A DNA stretch of 64,000 nucleotides from NCBI GenBank assembly GCA_028534125.1, contig CM052841.1, forward strand, positions 40,858,001-40,922,000. The letters are read 5' to 3'. The notes beneath the pieces were generated by a model. It was not told the origin of the DNA. It saw nothing but the letters and a program-made list of their open reading frames with translations, and did not search any database. This DNA is from Lama glama (Eukaryota). Shown here piece after piece: positions 48,427-61,889 of the stretch (positions are counted from its first letter, which is position 1; every line of letters begins with the position of its first letter). Both the position numbers and the translations under genes were made by a program.

Positions 48427-50039
48427 GTTATATGTTGCTTCCTCCATAGAAGGTGTTTCTAAGCACTTAAAATTTATCAATTAATCTAATTTTCAAAACT
48501 ACTCAATGAGTATCTTCACTAATTCCAGTTTATAGATGAGACAACTAAGGCACAGAGGTGTTTAAGTAACTTGTTCAAGGTCATAAGCTAGTAAGTGACA
48601 GAGCTGAGTTCAACCATGCACAGCCCAGCCCCAGGATCAATATTCTCAACCACTAAACTGTAAGTCTTGAAATTAGAACAAGTCTTTCTCTTACTTCTCC
48701 ACTAGTACTTGTTCTGCCTGAGTAAATGCAGAGCTGGGATCAGAAACCAGGTCTTTGGAATACCCTATGTGGCTAATCAGGCAGCCTGAAACAGACCAGG
48801 CTGTCTTCTGTCTGAAGCCTGACCCAAGGGTTATTGTTACCAATTTGGGGTGGGATGAAATGTGGTCTGGGGTTCATCCAATATATTGATAAACTCCAAT
48901 CCACCTAACAGGGTTGTAGTCATGTGGTTTCCTGTTTTCTTATTATGCCCAATTGGGGTTTTCCTTTCAATTACCTTTATAAAAAGTGTGGTTGCAACTT
49001 GAAACCACAAACCACTTAAATTTTACTGGCAAGTGCTTCCTCTAATAGTTGTAGTTCTGGTGAATAGGCAAACTATTTATTACCAGATGCACTTGTTTTT
49101 ATAGTTTTTATAATGCTTGGAAACTGGATGAGTGTCCCTGGCCCCCATCTATTCTCTGGTCCCACTACTACTGGCCTAATTGAGCTTCCATATCTTTTGC
49201 CTGAGCAGCCTCTAAACTGGTCTCTCAGCCTCGAGGCTGACCCCTTCTGACCCATCTTTCCCTTGGCCTTACAGCTACATCTTTCTAAAGTACAGCTTTG
49301 ACCATTTGCTCAAATGTCATTTGACTCCAAGTCTGTAGCTAATTCGAAGTCCACATCACCCAGTTCTAGCTGCCTTTAGGGGGGCTTACCTTCCATGAAT
49401 TCTCACTGAACTTTATGCTTTAGCCAAACCAGTCTATCCTCTAGGTCAGTCCTGTGTCCCTCTGCTTCTGGGCTATTTCTCCCCCTGCAATTATTTTGTT
49501 CATATACTCACTCATTCCTTCATTTGTATGTTGACTTTAATCAGCAACTTCTTTATGACACTCCTGCTCCAACCCAGGTCCTGTGTTAAGGACCAGGAAT
49601 ATAGCAATGAATTAATGGTCCTCCTCTCAAGGAACTTAAAGTCTAACCTGGATTCTTCCTGGTCACATCATAACCATCTGTCACAATCTTGTCTGAAAGA
49701 ATACTATTCCCCTCTCCTTGAAGCCTTTCCCCAATGTTTCAGCTGGAAGTAAGCTCTTCCCTCCTCTGAGGCCTCTCAGTTACCCTCCATCCCCAACTCC
49801 CAAGCACCCCAATCTTCCAACCTTCTATCTTATATAATAATCCTGCCACTGCCTTATTTCCCTTGGGTGATACAAGATGCTTTGCCTTCTTGAGGCAGAA
49901 TCCCTCTGCATCCAGGGACCATCAGAGGAGCTGGCCCAGGGTGGACACTTCTCCAGCCAATGCTGCTGGGGGATACTGTATCCACCATGAGTCAGGGAGA
50001 ACACAAAGCACTCACAAAAGGCCGTGTCTTACCCTTTAC

Positions 50040-51180
50040 TAAGATTTAATTCACACATCACACAATTTACCCATTTAAAGCGTGCAGTTGAATCATTTTC
50101 AGTATATTCACAGAGTTAGGCAACTATCACCACCATATATTTTAGAACATTCTCNNNNNNNNNNNNNNNNNNNNNNNNNNNNNNNNNNNNNNNNNNNNNN
50201 NNNNNNNNNNNNNNNNNNNNNNNNNNNNNNNNNNNNNNNNNNNNNNNNNNNNNNNNNNNNNNNNNNNNNNNNNNNNNNNNNNNNNNNNNNNNNNNNNNNN
50301 NNNNNNNNNNNNNNNNNNNNNNNNNNNNNNNNNNNNNNNNNNNNNNNNNNNNNNNNNNNNNNNNNNNNNNNNNNNNTATTTCATTTTTTAAGTTGCCAAA
50401 TTTAAATTCCGTTGTACAATTTACTACATTTTATGTACCCATTCATCAGCTGATAGACTTTGAATTGTTTCCACTTCTCAGCTATTAGGAATAATGATAC
50501 TGTGACTGTCCATATACAAGTTTTTGTGTGGCTACGTGTTACCATTTCTCTTGAGTAGATACCTGGGAGTGGAACCATTGAGTCACATGGTAACTGTGTG
50601 TTTAACAGTCTGAGGAACCGCCAGACTGTTTTCCTGAAGTGACTGCATTATTCCATATTCTCACCAGCAATATAGGAGGGTTCCGATTTCTCCACAACTT
50701 CGCCAGGACTTGTTATCTTCTTTTTTATTNNNNNNNNNNNNNNNNNNNNNNNNNNNNNNNNNNNNNNNNNNNNNNNNNNNNNNNNNNNNNNNNNNNNNNN
50801 NNNNNNNNNNNNNNNNNNNNNNNNNNNNNNNNNNNNNNNNNNNNNNNNNNNNNNNNNNNNNNNNTAGTTGATTTACAATGTTGTGTTAGTTTTAGGTGTA
50901 AAGGAAAGTTATTCAGTTTTATATAAATATGTATACATATGTATGTATATATATATAACTTTTTCAGATTCCTTTCCATTATAGGTTATTACAAGATATT
51001 GAATATAGTTCCCTGTGCTACACAGCAGATCCTTGTTGTTTACTTATTTTATATATAGTAGTGTGTATTCTATATATCTTCTTTGGATAAATGTCTACTC
51101 AAATCCTTTGCCCATTTTAAAATTGGATAATCTGCCTTTTTATTAATGAGCTGTTCTTTATATATTCTAGATATCCCAGA
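50040..51180 (-). mobile_element. Antisense L1 (L1MA/MB-like) with a younger artiodactyl-type L1 3' end nested at about 50865-51070
   Basis: cacaatttacccatttaaag..cacagagttaggcaactatcacc; nested tagttgatttacaatgttgtgttag..aatatagttccctgtgcta. Confidence 0.8.
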
Positions 51181-52314
51181 GTTTTTCATTGTTTTCCTTA
51201 TACTTTTTCTAAGTTTTCTACAATGATAATGAATTACCCTGGTAAGCAGAATATCTAATATGTGATACTAACCCACATGAAAATATAGAAATTGTACTAA
51301 CTTATGCATGACATTAATCTGGAAAGGATGATTAATGTGTTTTAGGCTTTTTGTTTGTTTTACAAAATCAAGATCTGTTCTCGGAGGAGTGGCGCTATGG
51401 GTAAAACATAGTAAGTGTGTTAATGTGAACTTCCTCATTTCAGTTCAAAAATTTTGTCAGGGTGCTAGATGAAGTAGTCTTTTTCTACGTACATGAGAGG
51501 TGGCATTAGATAACCTTCAGGACCATATTCAACCTTCAATGTCTATGATTTTCAGTTAAGGTAGGGGTAGAACTCTCTTGAGAAGGGTGCATGGAAAAAC
51601 AATCTGAAGGTCTCAGTGTCTCACAGACTCAGTGGGAACCAACATGCGAAGTGACTGATAAAAAGAGATGATGTGATCTGAGGTGCCAAGAACAAAAGCA
51701 GGGTGTCTGAACTGAGGGAGATGTTTATCCTGCTGTTTTCAATTGCTCAGGCCATATCTGAAGCTTGTGCTCACTTCTGGACAACACTCGAGGAATCAGA
51801 GCACCATCCCTGTGGCCAAGATAGGGAGGGAAGGGCTAGGAACAAAGTGCTGGGAGGGAGGTCAGTTCAGAAAGTCACAAACAAGGTGCTGCATCTCCAA
51901 AGGGCTTCCCGGGGCACAGGCATCGATGTGGTCTGCCAGGCCTTAATCATCTCACTTAACTGGAAATTCACAGCAACCTCAGTGGGCAGGATTTCTTCTC
52001 GTCTCATCTCGTTTCTTCTCGTCTCCCTGCCAGACCCAGGACTACATGCATTGCCTGCTCCAGTGGCCCCTCATCTCTCAGGAGCTGAAGACCCAAGTGG
52101 CAACAGGGTGAGATCTGACCTGAGGGCCACACAACAGGGACAAGAATGCACCAAAGACTCTATAGGGTAGCAAATTCAAGTTGTCATGGTGTCCAAGCTG
52201 GTAATGAAAACCACTGAAGCCAGTTGAGTACTTGCCTTTTAAATGTATAGATGATTTGGTCTTTTATTTTTCCTTTTTTCTGGAAAGACCTAAAAAATGT
52301 TTTTGTTTTTACAA

Positions 52315-53306
52315 TAAGAAAAAACACACAATTTTGGTCAATTAATCTTTGACAAAGGAGGCAAGAACATACAATGGAGTAAAGACAGTCTCTTCAGCAA
52401 ATGGGGTTGGGAACACTAGACAGCTGCATGTAAATCAATGAAGTTAGAATACTCTCTCACACCATAAATGAAAATAAACTCGAAATGGCTTAAAGACTTA
52501 AACATAAGACAAGGCACTATAAACCTCTTAGAAGAAAACATAAGCTAAACATTGTCTGACATACGTATTAACAATGTTCTCCTAGGGCAGTCTACCCAGG
52601 CAATAGAAATAAAAGCAAAAATAAACAAATGGGACTTAATCAAACTTCTAAGCTTTTGCACAGCAAAGGAAACCATAAGCAAAACAAAAAGACAACCTAC
52701 GGAATTGGAGAAAATATTTGCAAAAGGTGAGACTGATGAGGGCTTAATTTCCAGAATATACAAACAGCTCATACAACTTAATGAGATAAAAACAAACAAC
52801 CTAATCCAAAAACGGGCAGAAGACCTANNNNNNNNNNNNNNNNNNNNNNNNNNNNNNNNNNNNNNNNNNNNNNNNNNNNNNNNNNNNNNNNNNNNNNNNN
52901 NNNNNNNNNNNNNNNNNNNNNNNNNNNNNNNNNNNNNNNNNNNNNNNNNNNNNNNNNNNNNNNNNNNNNNNNNNNNNNNNNNNNNNNNNNNNNNNNNNNN
53001 NNNNNNNNNNNNNNNNNNNNNNNNNNNNNNNNNNNNNNNNNNNNNNNNNNNNNNNNNNNNNNNNNNNNNNNCATAAATTGGGAGTCCAAGATTTGCAGAT
53101 ACTAACTAACATATATAAAATAGATAAACAAGTTTATACTGTATAGCACAGGGAACTGTATTCAATATCTTGTAGTAATTTATGGTGAAAAAGAATATGA
53201 AAATGAATATATGTATGTTCATGTATGACTGAAACATTGTGCTGTACACTAGAAATTGACACAACATTGTAAACTGACTATACTTCAATAAAAATATATA
53301 TATACC
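52315..53306 (+). mobile_element. Relatively young 5'-truncated L1 (ORF2 C-terminal part plus 3'UTR)
   Basis: One frame reads [24 protein letters not shown]...KINKWDLIKLLSFCTAKETI with 3 stops and no frameshift; ends tatacttcaataaaaa. Confidence 0.92.
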
Positions 53307-54394
53307 AAAAAATGTTTTTAAAAAGCACTTGTGCAATGAGAAATGGCACCACTGGTCATCCTCACTCCTGGGGTGAAAACAGGGAACTGAGGGGACAGCT
53401 GTGACAGGACTACCGCAGGCTCAGTGAGGCCAGGCCTTCCAATTTGTTAGAGAGGAGCTAAAAATTAGGACTTTAATGTGAAATCTTCCAATTTCTAAAT
53501 CTTGATGCTGATGTTTAGAAAACATCATGCAGGCTTAAAACCCCTCTACATCTCTGCTGTGGTCCTCTTAATTCTCCTTGCATATCCTGGGAGCCCAAGC
53601 CCACAGAATCAGCAATATCTGTCTGCAGACTACCGTTACTGATGGGAATGGACTCTTCAAATTAAACTGAAATCTTCATAGGATGGCAGCCCAACCTCCC
53701 CCAACCTACACAGCCTCTGCCATTAGTCCTATCCCTCATCTCTCGGCCCTTCCATTCATTCATTCATGCAGTCATTCATGAACTCATTTACACACCAGGG
53801 GCTCAGTTGCACAGCATCAGTGGATGGTGATGCAAGTTCCCCATAAGTTGAAACTGTGTTTTCTTTATCTCTGAGTTCCTCGGGGCCTGGAATAGAGGGC
53901 GGTCCCCTGGGTAGGAACATGGTCTCCTAATCCCTCTCCTGGATGAAGACCACCCCGGGAAGAAGTTCCCTTGTGGACCTTGTGTGCAGTTCTCCTGGGC
54001 TGCAGCCTGGCAGCAAGCAGGAGCCCAGGGTCTGCTGGACCTGGACCCTGGGCAAGTCACTGATGTCCCAGCCCAGCCTCCCGTTGTGTAAACAGGGGTG
54101 TTAACACCCACTTCCTGGCAGATTTGTGAGATATATATAAGTCATTTAAAAGGGAAAGTGCAACACAGCATCAGTATTGTGACAAGTGGTATTGACATGG
54201 AGGCATGGAAGGAATGTGGGGTCTCACAAGGCTGGGTGTGAATCCAGGCTCGATCACTTTGGGTTGATTTCCTCATCTATAAACAGGGATAAAACTGCAT
54301 AGTCTACAGGCCTTTTCTTGGGATTTGAAATTAGAAATAATGATATAGGCTGAATGTCCTGCACAAGTAGGCGCCCAGGAAGGGGTAGCTGTTG

Positions 54395-54423
54395 TGCTGT
54401 AACTGACAACCGGTAGAGGGCAC
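54395..54423 (+). promoter_or_regulatory. Candidate CTCF site (core plus upstream motif)
   Basis: CCGGTAGAGGGCAC at 54410-54423 vs consensus CCASYAGRKGGCRS; TGCTGT upstream module at 54395-54400. Confidence 0.55.
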
Positions 54424-54530
54424 CAAACCACTCCATAAATGAACTGGGCCTGGTGTCCTGGCCACAAGTGCAAGAAAGCCTTTATGCAGGCAAGGGCTGC
54501 AGGAGATCCATCAAAACTACACATTGATTT

Positions 54531-54562
<32 letters not shown>

Positions 54563-54564
54563 AC
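54531..54564. repeat. (CA)n microsatellite
   Basis: Direct reading. Confidence 0.95.
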
Positions 54565-55379
54565 CCCTTTTTCACTGGGAAGTTAGAAGGTATACTTTAC
54601 ATTGTACTATTGAGTGGGGCGTTCACATATTAACAGCAGCAGCTTGGAGTCATGCAAAGAGCACCCCAGAGAGGAAGGCTCCTAGGACGTGAGTTCTTGT
54701 CCTTACTCTGTGTGACTTTGGGAAAGTCTGGACCCCTTTCTGAAGCCCAGGAGGGTTGGACCAGGTGATCTCTAAGGTACCTTCTAGACGTCTATGACTA
54801 AGATTCTGGGACAAATATATTTTATGAAGCATGTAGGTGGTCAGGGTCGAGATGGGGGGAATGGACTAAACAACCTCTGGATGCCCTCCTGGGGCTGGGA
54901 TTTGATGATCTGTACACAGTCACGGGAAGCCTCGTACAGGCTAATCCTGGCCTTACAAAGGAGTGTGGTTAGAGTCGTTGGGTGGTGGCGATGTTTTTCT
55001 GCAAGCACACACGATGCTTATCATCTTTTGTGCAGGTTGATGCCGAAGCCACAGAGACCACCCAGCCTGACAAAGAAAGGAATTCTTGTCTGCTGTTGAC
55101 AGCCTTCAGGTTGACGGCTTTCCATTTGCCCCGGAGGCTGTCACTCACAGAACAATGGCAACAAGCAGGGTGGCTCTCACCTGAGACGGGCGCTGCCTGG
55201 GGGCGGGGTGCAGGGGGTGCTGCTGTCTCTCATCCCAGGATATGGAGGCTGTAAGATCACTCGGCCAGCAGCAGACGTGCCTGGAGAGGCTGTGGATTAT
55301 TTTCTGCGTGGATGGGGTCTCACTCTATAGATCGGAAAACAGTAAGTGCTTAGGACATTACTCTTCATTAAAAAAAAAC

Positions 55380-55720
55380 TATAATGAATTTATTGATACA
55401 CACAAAATATAAATCAATCTCAAATCATTATGTTGAGTGAAAGAAGCCAGACACAAAAGATTGCATACTGTATTAATCCCATTTCTATGACCTTTGAGAG
55501 CCAACAAAACTAAGCTAAAATGCTATAAATTAGATCAATGGCTGCTTCTTTAGGAGAGGGAAAGGTTGACTGCAGAGGGACAGGAAGGAACTTTCTAGGG
55601 GATGAAAACTGTATGTCTTGATTGAGTAGTGATGACATGAGTGTACCTTTACAAAACTCTGAACTGTACATTTAAAATCAGTACGTTTTATTGTGTGCAA
55701 ATTATATTTCAATAACTTCA
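55380..55720 (+). mobile_element. Old L1 3'UTR fragment
   Basis: tatgttgagtgaaagaagccagacacaaaaga...gaactgtacatttaaaat..ttatatttcaataa. Confidence 0.75.
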
Positions 55721-56269
55721 TAAAAACTGAATTGCAAAAACAAACTTAATGACTTTTCTCATTCTCAAAAGAAGTACATGTTCACATTAGAAGACAGAGA
55801 ATACAGATATTTTTAAAAATAAAGAAAACTCATCCATAATCCTATTACCCAGAAGTAAACACAGTTATCATTTTGATATTCATCATGCCAGACCTTCATT
55901 TTCACAAAAATGAAATCACACAAGTTTGTAATCTGCATTATCATTAATTTAGGTATGCACTGAATTGGCAATATAGGTACATAATTAAAACTTCAAAAGG
56001 TACAAAAGGGCATAAAGTGAAAAATCTATCTCTTTCCTGGTCTCCTTCTCTAGAAGCAATCCCTCCCATCATTTACTTGTATATTCTCCTGAAGATACTT
56101 TATGCATTTATAAGCATATATGTGTGATGATCCTTAAGGAAAAAAATGGTAGCATCCTCTACACACTATTTACACCAATATCAACCTGCATTTTTAATAT
56201 AATATGACAACATGAATAGCTTTTCATTTTATTAAAAATTTTCTGCAATGCCATTTTAAAGCAGACTTT

Positions 56270-56920
56270 TGATAGAATATAAAACTGAAACATGCAAATA
56301 TTGTAAACATGAAATTTAAAGTGTTTTCACAAATTGAACCTACTTTTATATCCAGTATCAATGTAAAATAACAGATCAAGACCGGCATTCCAAAAGACCT
56401 TTAGGACCCTCTCTTAGTTCTTATCTCCTCTCCTGCAAAAGAAGCCACTATCCTGACTTATAGTTTTTAATGACTTTTGCCTGGTTTTGAACTTTATAGT
56501 ATTTATATACTGATAGTGGAATTATGCAGTATTTATTCTTATGTCTATATTCTTTCACTCAACAGTGTATGAATGAGACTAATTCATGTCATTGCATATA
56601 CAATAGTTCATTCACACTTACTGCCATATAGTATTCCTTTGTATAAATATATCACAATTTCTTTATCCATTCTGCTGTTGATGGACATGTGGGCTGTTTT
56701 TAAGTTTTGGCTGTGACAGCTGCTATGAACATTCTGTAGATGTCTTTTGGTGAACATATGTATACATTTCTGTTGCATATATGCTTAGGGCTGCAATTGC
56801 TAGGTCAGAGGTATGCATATATTCAGCATTAGCAGAAAAAAAAGTCTTCAAAATGGCTGCGCCAATTTCCACCCTCTCCTGCAGTATATGAGAGTTCCAA
56901 TTTTCTACATCCTCAACTAC
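56270..56920 (-). mobile_element. Old L1 3' fragment, antisense
   Basis: ttctttcactcaaca..tttatccattctgctgttgatggacat..gctgctatgaacattc. Confidence 0.75.
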
Positions 56921-59722
56921 AAAATCAATTTCAGTGGCCACACAGCATTTCCTTGTACAGACATACCATACATTTTACGGACATGCCATACCATATTTTA
57001 CCCATTTCCTATAGTTCAGGGATTCCTAACAATTTTGGGGTCATAGACACATTGGTGTTCTGATAAAGCTTGGTGACTCATAGTAAAATATGAGCTTTAT
57101 TATTAACATGCGAAATGATAACATCTAGCAGCAGGTCTGATAATCAAAATTTCAAAATGAGCATAAACATAAAAATGTTTATTGGCCTTTTGTACTGCTT
57201 TTCCTTTGAAAATCTACCTTAGCTTTTGCCAATTTTTCAATGATCTATTTATTTTCAAGTTTTTATATACGCCATCCTTGTGTATTACAGATACTAACCA
57301 TCTCTGTGACTGTTACAATGTTGGGATTTATCATTATTTGTTGTTTAAATAATAGCTATTTATGCCATTGTTTGTTGTTTAAATAATAGCTATACTGAGA
57401 AAAAAGTTCACATACAATAAATTCTCTTAAAGCATACAATTTGGTGGCTTTTAGTATACGTCAGCATGTTTTCAGGGCTTATCCATGTTGTAGCAGGTGT
57501 CAGTAGTTCATTCCTATTTATGGTAGAAGAAAACTCCATGGCACAGGTATCTCGGATTTTTTTTTTATCCATTTATCAGTTAATAGTCATGTGGGTTGTT
57601 TCCACTTTTTAGCTATTATGAATAATGCTTCTATGAACCTTNNNNNNNNNNNNNNNNNNNNNNNNNNNNNNNNNNNNNNNNNNNNNNNNNNNNNNNNNNN
57701 NNNNNNNNNNNNNNNNNNNNNNNNNNNNNNNNNNNNNNNNNNNNNNNNNNNNNNNNNNNNNNNNNNNNNNNNNNNNNNNNNNNNNNNNNNNNNNNNNNGC
57801 AATGTATGAGATGTTTATGGCTTTTTAACAAATAAAAATTTTTAATTTTACATAGAAAAATAAATCAATGTTTTTCTTTGTTGTTTCTGTCTTTGAGTCA
57901 TTCTTAGGAAGACTTTCACCATTCCAAAATTATAGAAACACTTATATATGTAAATACACACAAATATATATATATTTATATATATTCTTTTAGTATTTCT
58001 TTGTTTCTCCTTTTTGTAATTTAAAACTTGAAACAACCACTTGGAACTACAGTATGCAATGCCCAGTCTTCCTGTTCTTCTGCCATTTTGATAGACTTAA
58101 TCCAGTTCTGCCTTATAATTAACGGCAACTTTTCCCAGATTCAGAGGTGTGGTGAATTATTATTGGAATCTTTGCTTGTTTCTTCTTTTATGGTTGTTTC
58201 AGATACTTCAAAACAAATTCCTTTCTTCCTTTTTGGAATACGATTTTTAAAGAAAGTGCTCATCTGAACGCATTTCTTGGTGGTATAAACATTTTATCAG
58301 AATTGGAATAAAGACGCTATGGATGGTATTCTAGACACACTTTTCTTCGCTTGTCCTGTCTTCTCCTGTTTTCATTGTCTCTAGAGTGAATGGAAGCCCT
58401 GTGTTTGGTAAGAAGACAAAGATTGGCTGGATAAGTAGTGAAGAGACTAGGGGAGGCTGAGAGAAGTTTGGGAATCTTTGGAAACTTTCATGAGGTTTTC
58501 CAGCCTGTCCCCTGTTTTTTCTCACTCTCTTGACCACTTCAAAAAAGGAAAGTGTATTGGGTCTGCTTGTAATGGTATAACAAAGCCTCATGTTTCCAGC
58601 TTTTCATACCATTTAAATTCTGTTTCATCCTTACTACAATCCTGGGAAGTTAGCCAGGACCAGGGCTCATTATCCCATTTTACAGATGAAGAAACAGCCC
58701 CCAAGAAGAGAAACCCTGAAAGCATAAGGCTGGAACCTGGTAGGGTAGCATCTTAGCAGTCCAGGACTCCTGACTCGAAGCCTCGAAAACCCCTGTTCAN
58801 NNNNNNNNNNNNNNNNNNNNNNNNNNNNNNNNNNNNNNNNNNNNNNNNNNNNNNNNNNNNNNNNNNNNNNNNNNNNNNNNNNNNNNNNNNNNNNNNNNNN
58901 NNNNNNNNNNNNNNNNNNNNNNNNNNNNNNNGTGTTGGGGGATGGGTGGGGTGAGTCTCAGAATCGCTTGTCATTCCTAAGCCAATTTGTAAAGGAGGCG
59001 AAAGCATGGAACGTGTGATGAAGCTCACAAGTCCCTTCTGGTCCCCTGGTGTCTCATCAGAGCCCAGCTTCTGCAAGGGAATGATGGACACTCGACCTGA
59101 TGGTGGGAACTGGGCTTTGGTTCTATGTGACATGATTCATTAAATGGTTTACTGTGATCTGTGCCTGTGCTCCAAATTCATAAGACACCCCTTTTGTGAC
59201 AATAGAGAAAGATGAACTCTGCTTCGTGGGCTCAAAGATAAAAGTTGAAAAGATAAAGTCAACATGCCTGTGACATTGCATATTTCAATGTGAAGTGTCC
59301 TTTGTGAGGGGGAAAAAAGATTTTCCAGTCAAATGCTTTGAGCAAATGCTACACACTGCACACCCTTCTTGCAGATTCACAGTGAAAATCAGTATATTTG
59401 AGGCTCCAAGTCGTGTAAGAATGAGGTCTATTAAATACTTTACTGCGGAGTTTACCTAGCGTCTCCAACCACTGAACCTCTTCCTCAGGTGACATCTAAG
59501 ACTTCTTGCCAAATAACAGTTGCATGGAACTTAACTTTGCATAGTGCTGTTATACATACATTTCTATTACATATGTTTAATACTAATACAGTCCTCCATT
59601 AATTCCAATTTATGACTTTGAACAAGCTCACAATGTTTTTTGAACCTAAATATAGGTTAAATTCTATTACAACAAACCCCAAGAGGCTGCCCCAATTCTT
59701 TTACATTTGTGCTGTGCTTTTA

Positions 59723-59873
59723 TTTATTTATTTGTCTGTTTGTTTATATTTTAGGGGAAGAGGTAACTAGATTTATTAATTTACTTTTTTTTTTAAGTGG
59801 AGGTACCGGGGATTGAACCCAGGACCTTGTGCATGCTAGGCAGGCACTCCACTACTGAGCTATCTTCTCCCCC
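59723..59873 (-). mobile_element. Full-length Vic-1-type SINE with a 15-bp TSD
   Basis: TGTGCTGTGCTTTTA (59708-59722) vs TGTGTTGTGCTTTTA (59874-59888); A/B boxes on the - strand. Confidence 0.92.
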
Positions 59874-61889
59874 TGTGTTGTGCTTTTAAATGAATCAAAT
59901 GTTCCTTGTTATAAGTATATGATTTTCAGAAACTGAAGGCATTTTTGATCATGCAGATATTTTTGTTGTGAAAGAAATTTGTTGTAACATTCTTTTGTCT
60001 GTATTGTTCTTACTGAGTGACTCAGACTTAGTATCTATTAATATTCACAAAAATCTTATTTTCAAAACTTTCAGTATTATATTATCATTAATTTTTATTA
60101 AAGTTGTATATATAATTTTCATGAAAATATGTAAATGGATTTTTCCTTTGGGGCATTGAAATATATCTGAATAGAATCTTCTTTATTATAAGAATAATTG
60201 ATAAGCCCTTTTAAATTTTTAGAAAATATAGAAAAGCAGAAAAAGTCCATTATCTATGCTCTCAAATACAACCACGATTAAAATTTTCATCTATGCATAT
60301 ATAGTTTTTACATAGTTGAGATCCCACTTTGCAATGCTGTCTCTTACTTTATTGATTTAACATTATAGCAAGAACATCAGCATTTATTTTTATAGTCGGC
60401 GAATGTATAAACAAAGAAAACAATTTAAGATGAGATTCTGCCTTCTAAGAGACATTGGTGGTTTCAATTGTTTGGGGCCCAGGAGTAATTAAGATGTTCC
60501 TCACAGAATGCAGGGAAAACAGGGCTGTCTTAGATGAGGACCCCAAGTGTGAGTAAGGTGGCATCTGGGCCCCCAGCAGCATCCCTTCCCCATAGCTAAG
60601 TCCACTTGGGTCCCCTTGGAAGCCCCTCCAACCCTAGGTACTAAGACATCCCTACCCTCACTCAGATTTAAGTCAAGAAACCAAAGTTAGGAAGGACAGG
60701 TGAATTCTCCTTTATGTAAACGACCTTCCTTCAACCACTGAGTTTTGCTTTTCCCTTTCTCCCAAGTTGGTGTTAATATGAACAATTGCACATTACCTAA
60801 TAGGTTAAGCTCCTGATAAAATACACATTCTAATGTGCTCCTGGCAAGAACCTTTTGCAGATGAGGTAGTTGAGACTCAGGGGGCTTAAGTGATTTGGCC
60901 AAGACCCCTTTCAGCCAGTGAGCGACAGCACCAGAATCCCTGCCTTGGTCTGTAGAGTCCAGATCTCTGGCCCTTCTTTTCGGTGCAGGCCTGCACCCCT
61001 GCTGTCGGCCAGGCATAAAATGCCAGATAAAATGTCAAACCAAAGTACAGCTGTCCTTGGCTGTGTGGAATTGGAAGATACTTCAATTGAACAGAATTAA
61101 TGGGCTTATTACAAAATCCTTTCTGATTCTTCAGTCAGCTCGTCTGAGCCCCAGTTCTGGGCCCTCCATTGCAGGGTTTTCCTCGGTGGCTGACAGATGC
61201 TGTGCACTCAGAATAAAAAGCACGGAGGGCGGGGAGGTGGCTCTGGTTTTCATAATGGCCACAGGTGTTCTGCTCTGCCTCGCTGCTTCACCCTTTTAAC
61301 GCTTTGCCAGATGACAAAGATGATGGTGAAGATTAGCCTACCTCCCTGAGCTTTTCACAGCTGGGAGGGTTTGCCGTGTGAGGTAGATTTCATTTGCCTG
61401 TCTGTGTTTTCCCTGGGAAAGGGGGACTCTCAAAAACAGCTTGAAGCCTTTGAATCTGAAGGGTAGTTGAGGCTCAAATCTGAGTGAAAAAAGGTTTAAA
61501 AAAATTTAGAGTGCAGTTCAAAGAGTATTCTAACCAGGCCATGTGCAAGACTAGGGTTGGAATCTGCTGGTGATGGCCAGAGAATAGTGAGAAAGGAACC
61601 AAATTGTTTGTATTTGTTTCTTTAAAACAGATAAACTTCACCGTGAAGCACATGCCCTTTGCTATTTGCCATCATTAGAAATAAATAAAATTTCCCAAGC
61701 TAAAAGCCAGTAGGGCCCTAAATGGAATGTTTCCATTTTTCATTCTAATCCCTCAAGATTTCCTGAAAGACTGGGCTGGAAGATGTAACTTTCCAGTCAG
61801 GGTTTCAGTTTTCTTTTCTGTAAAATGAAAAATTTTGAACACACAACTACTTAGGGTTCTTCTAGTAGAGTTTCTATTATTTTTACATA

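Noticed and set aside
51703-52170. 155-aa ORF with a hydrophobic start
   Set aside because: GTG start, no domain similarity or exon-like boundaries that I can recognise, and it sits among old repeats
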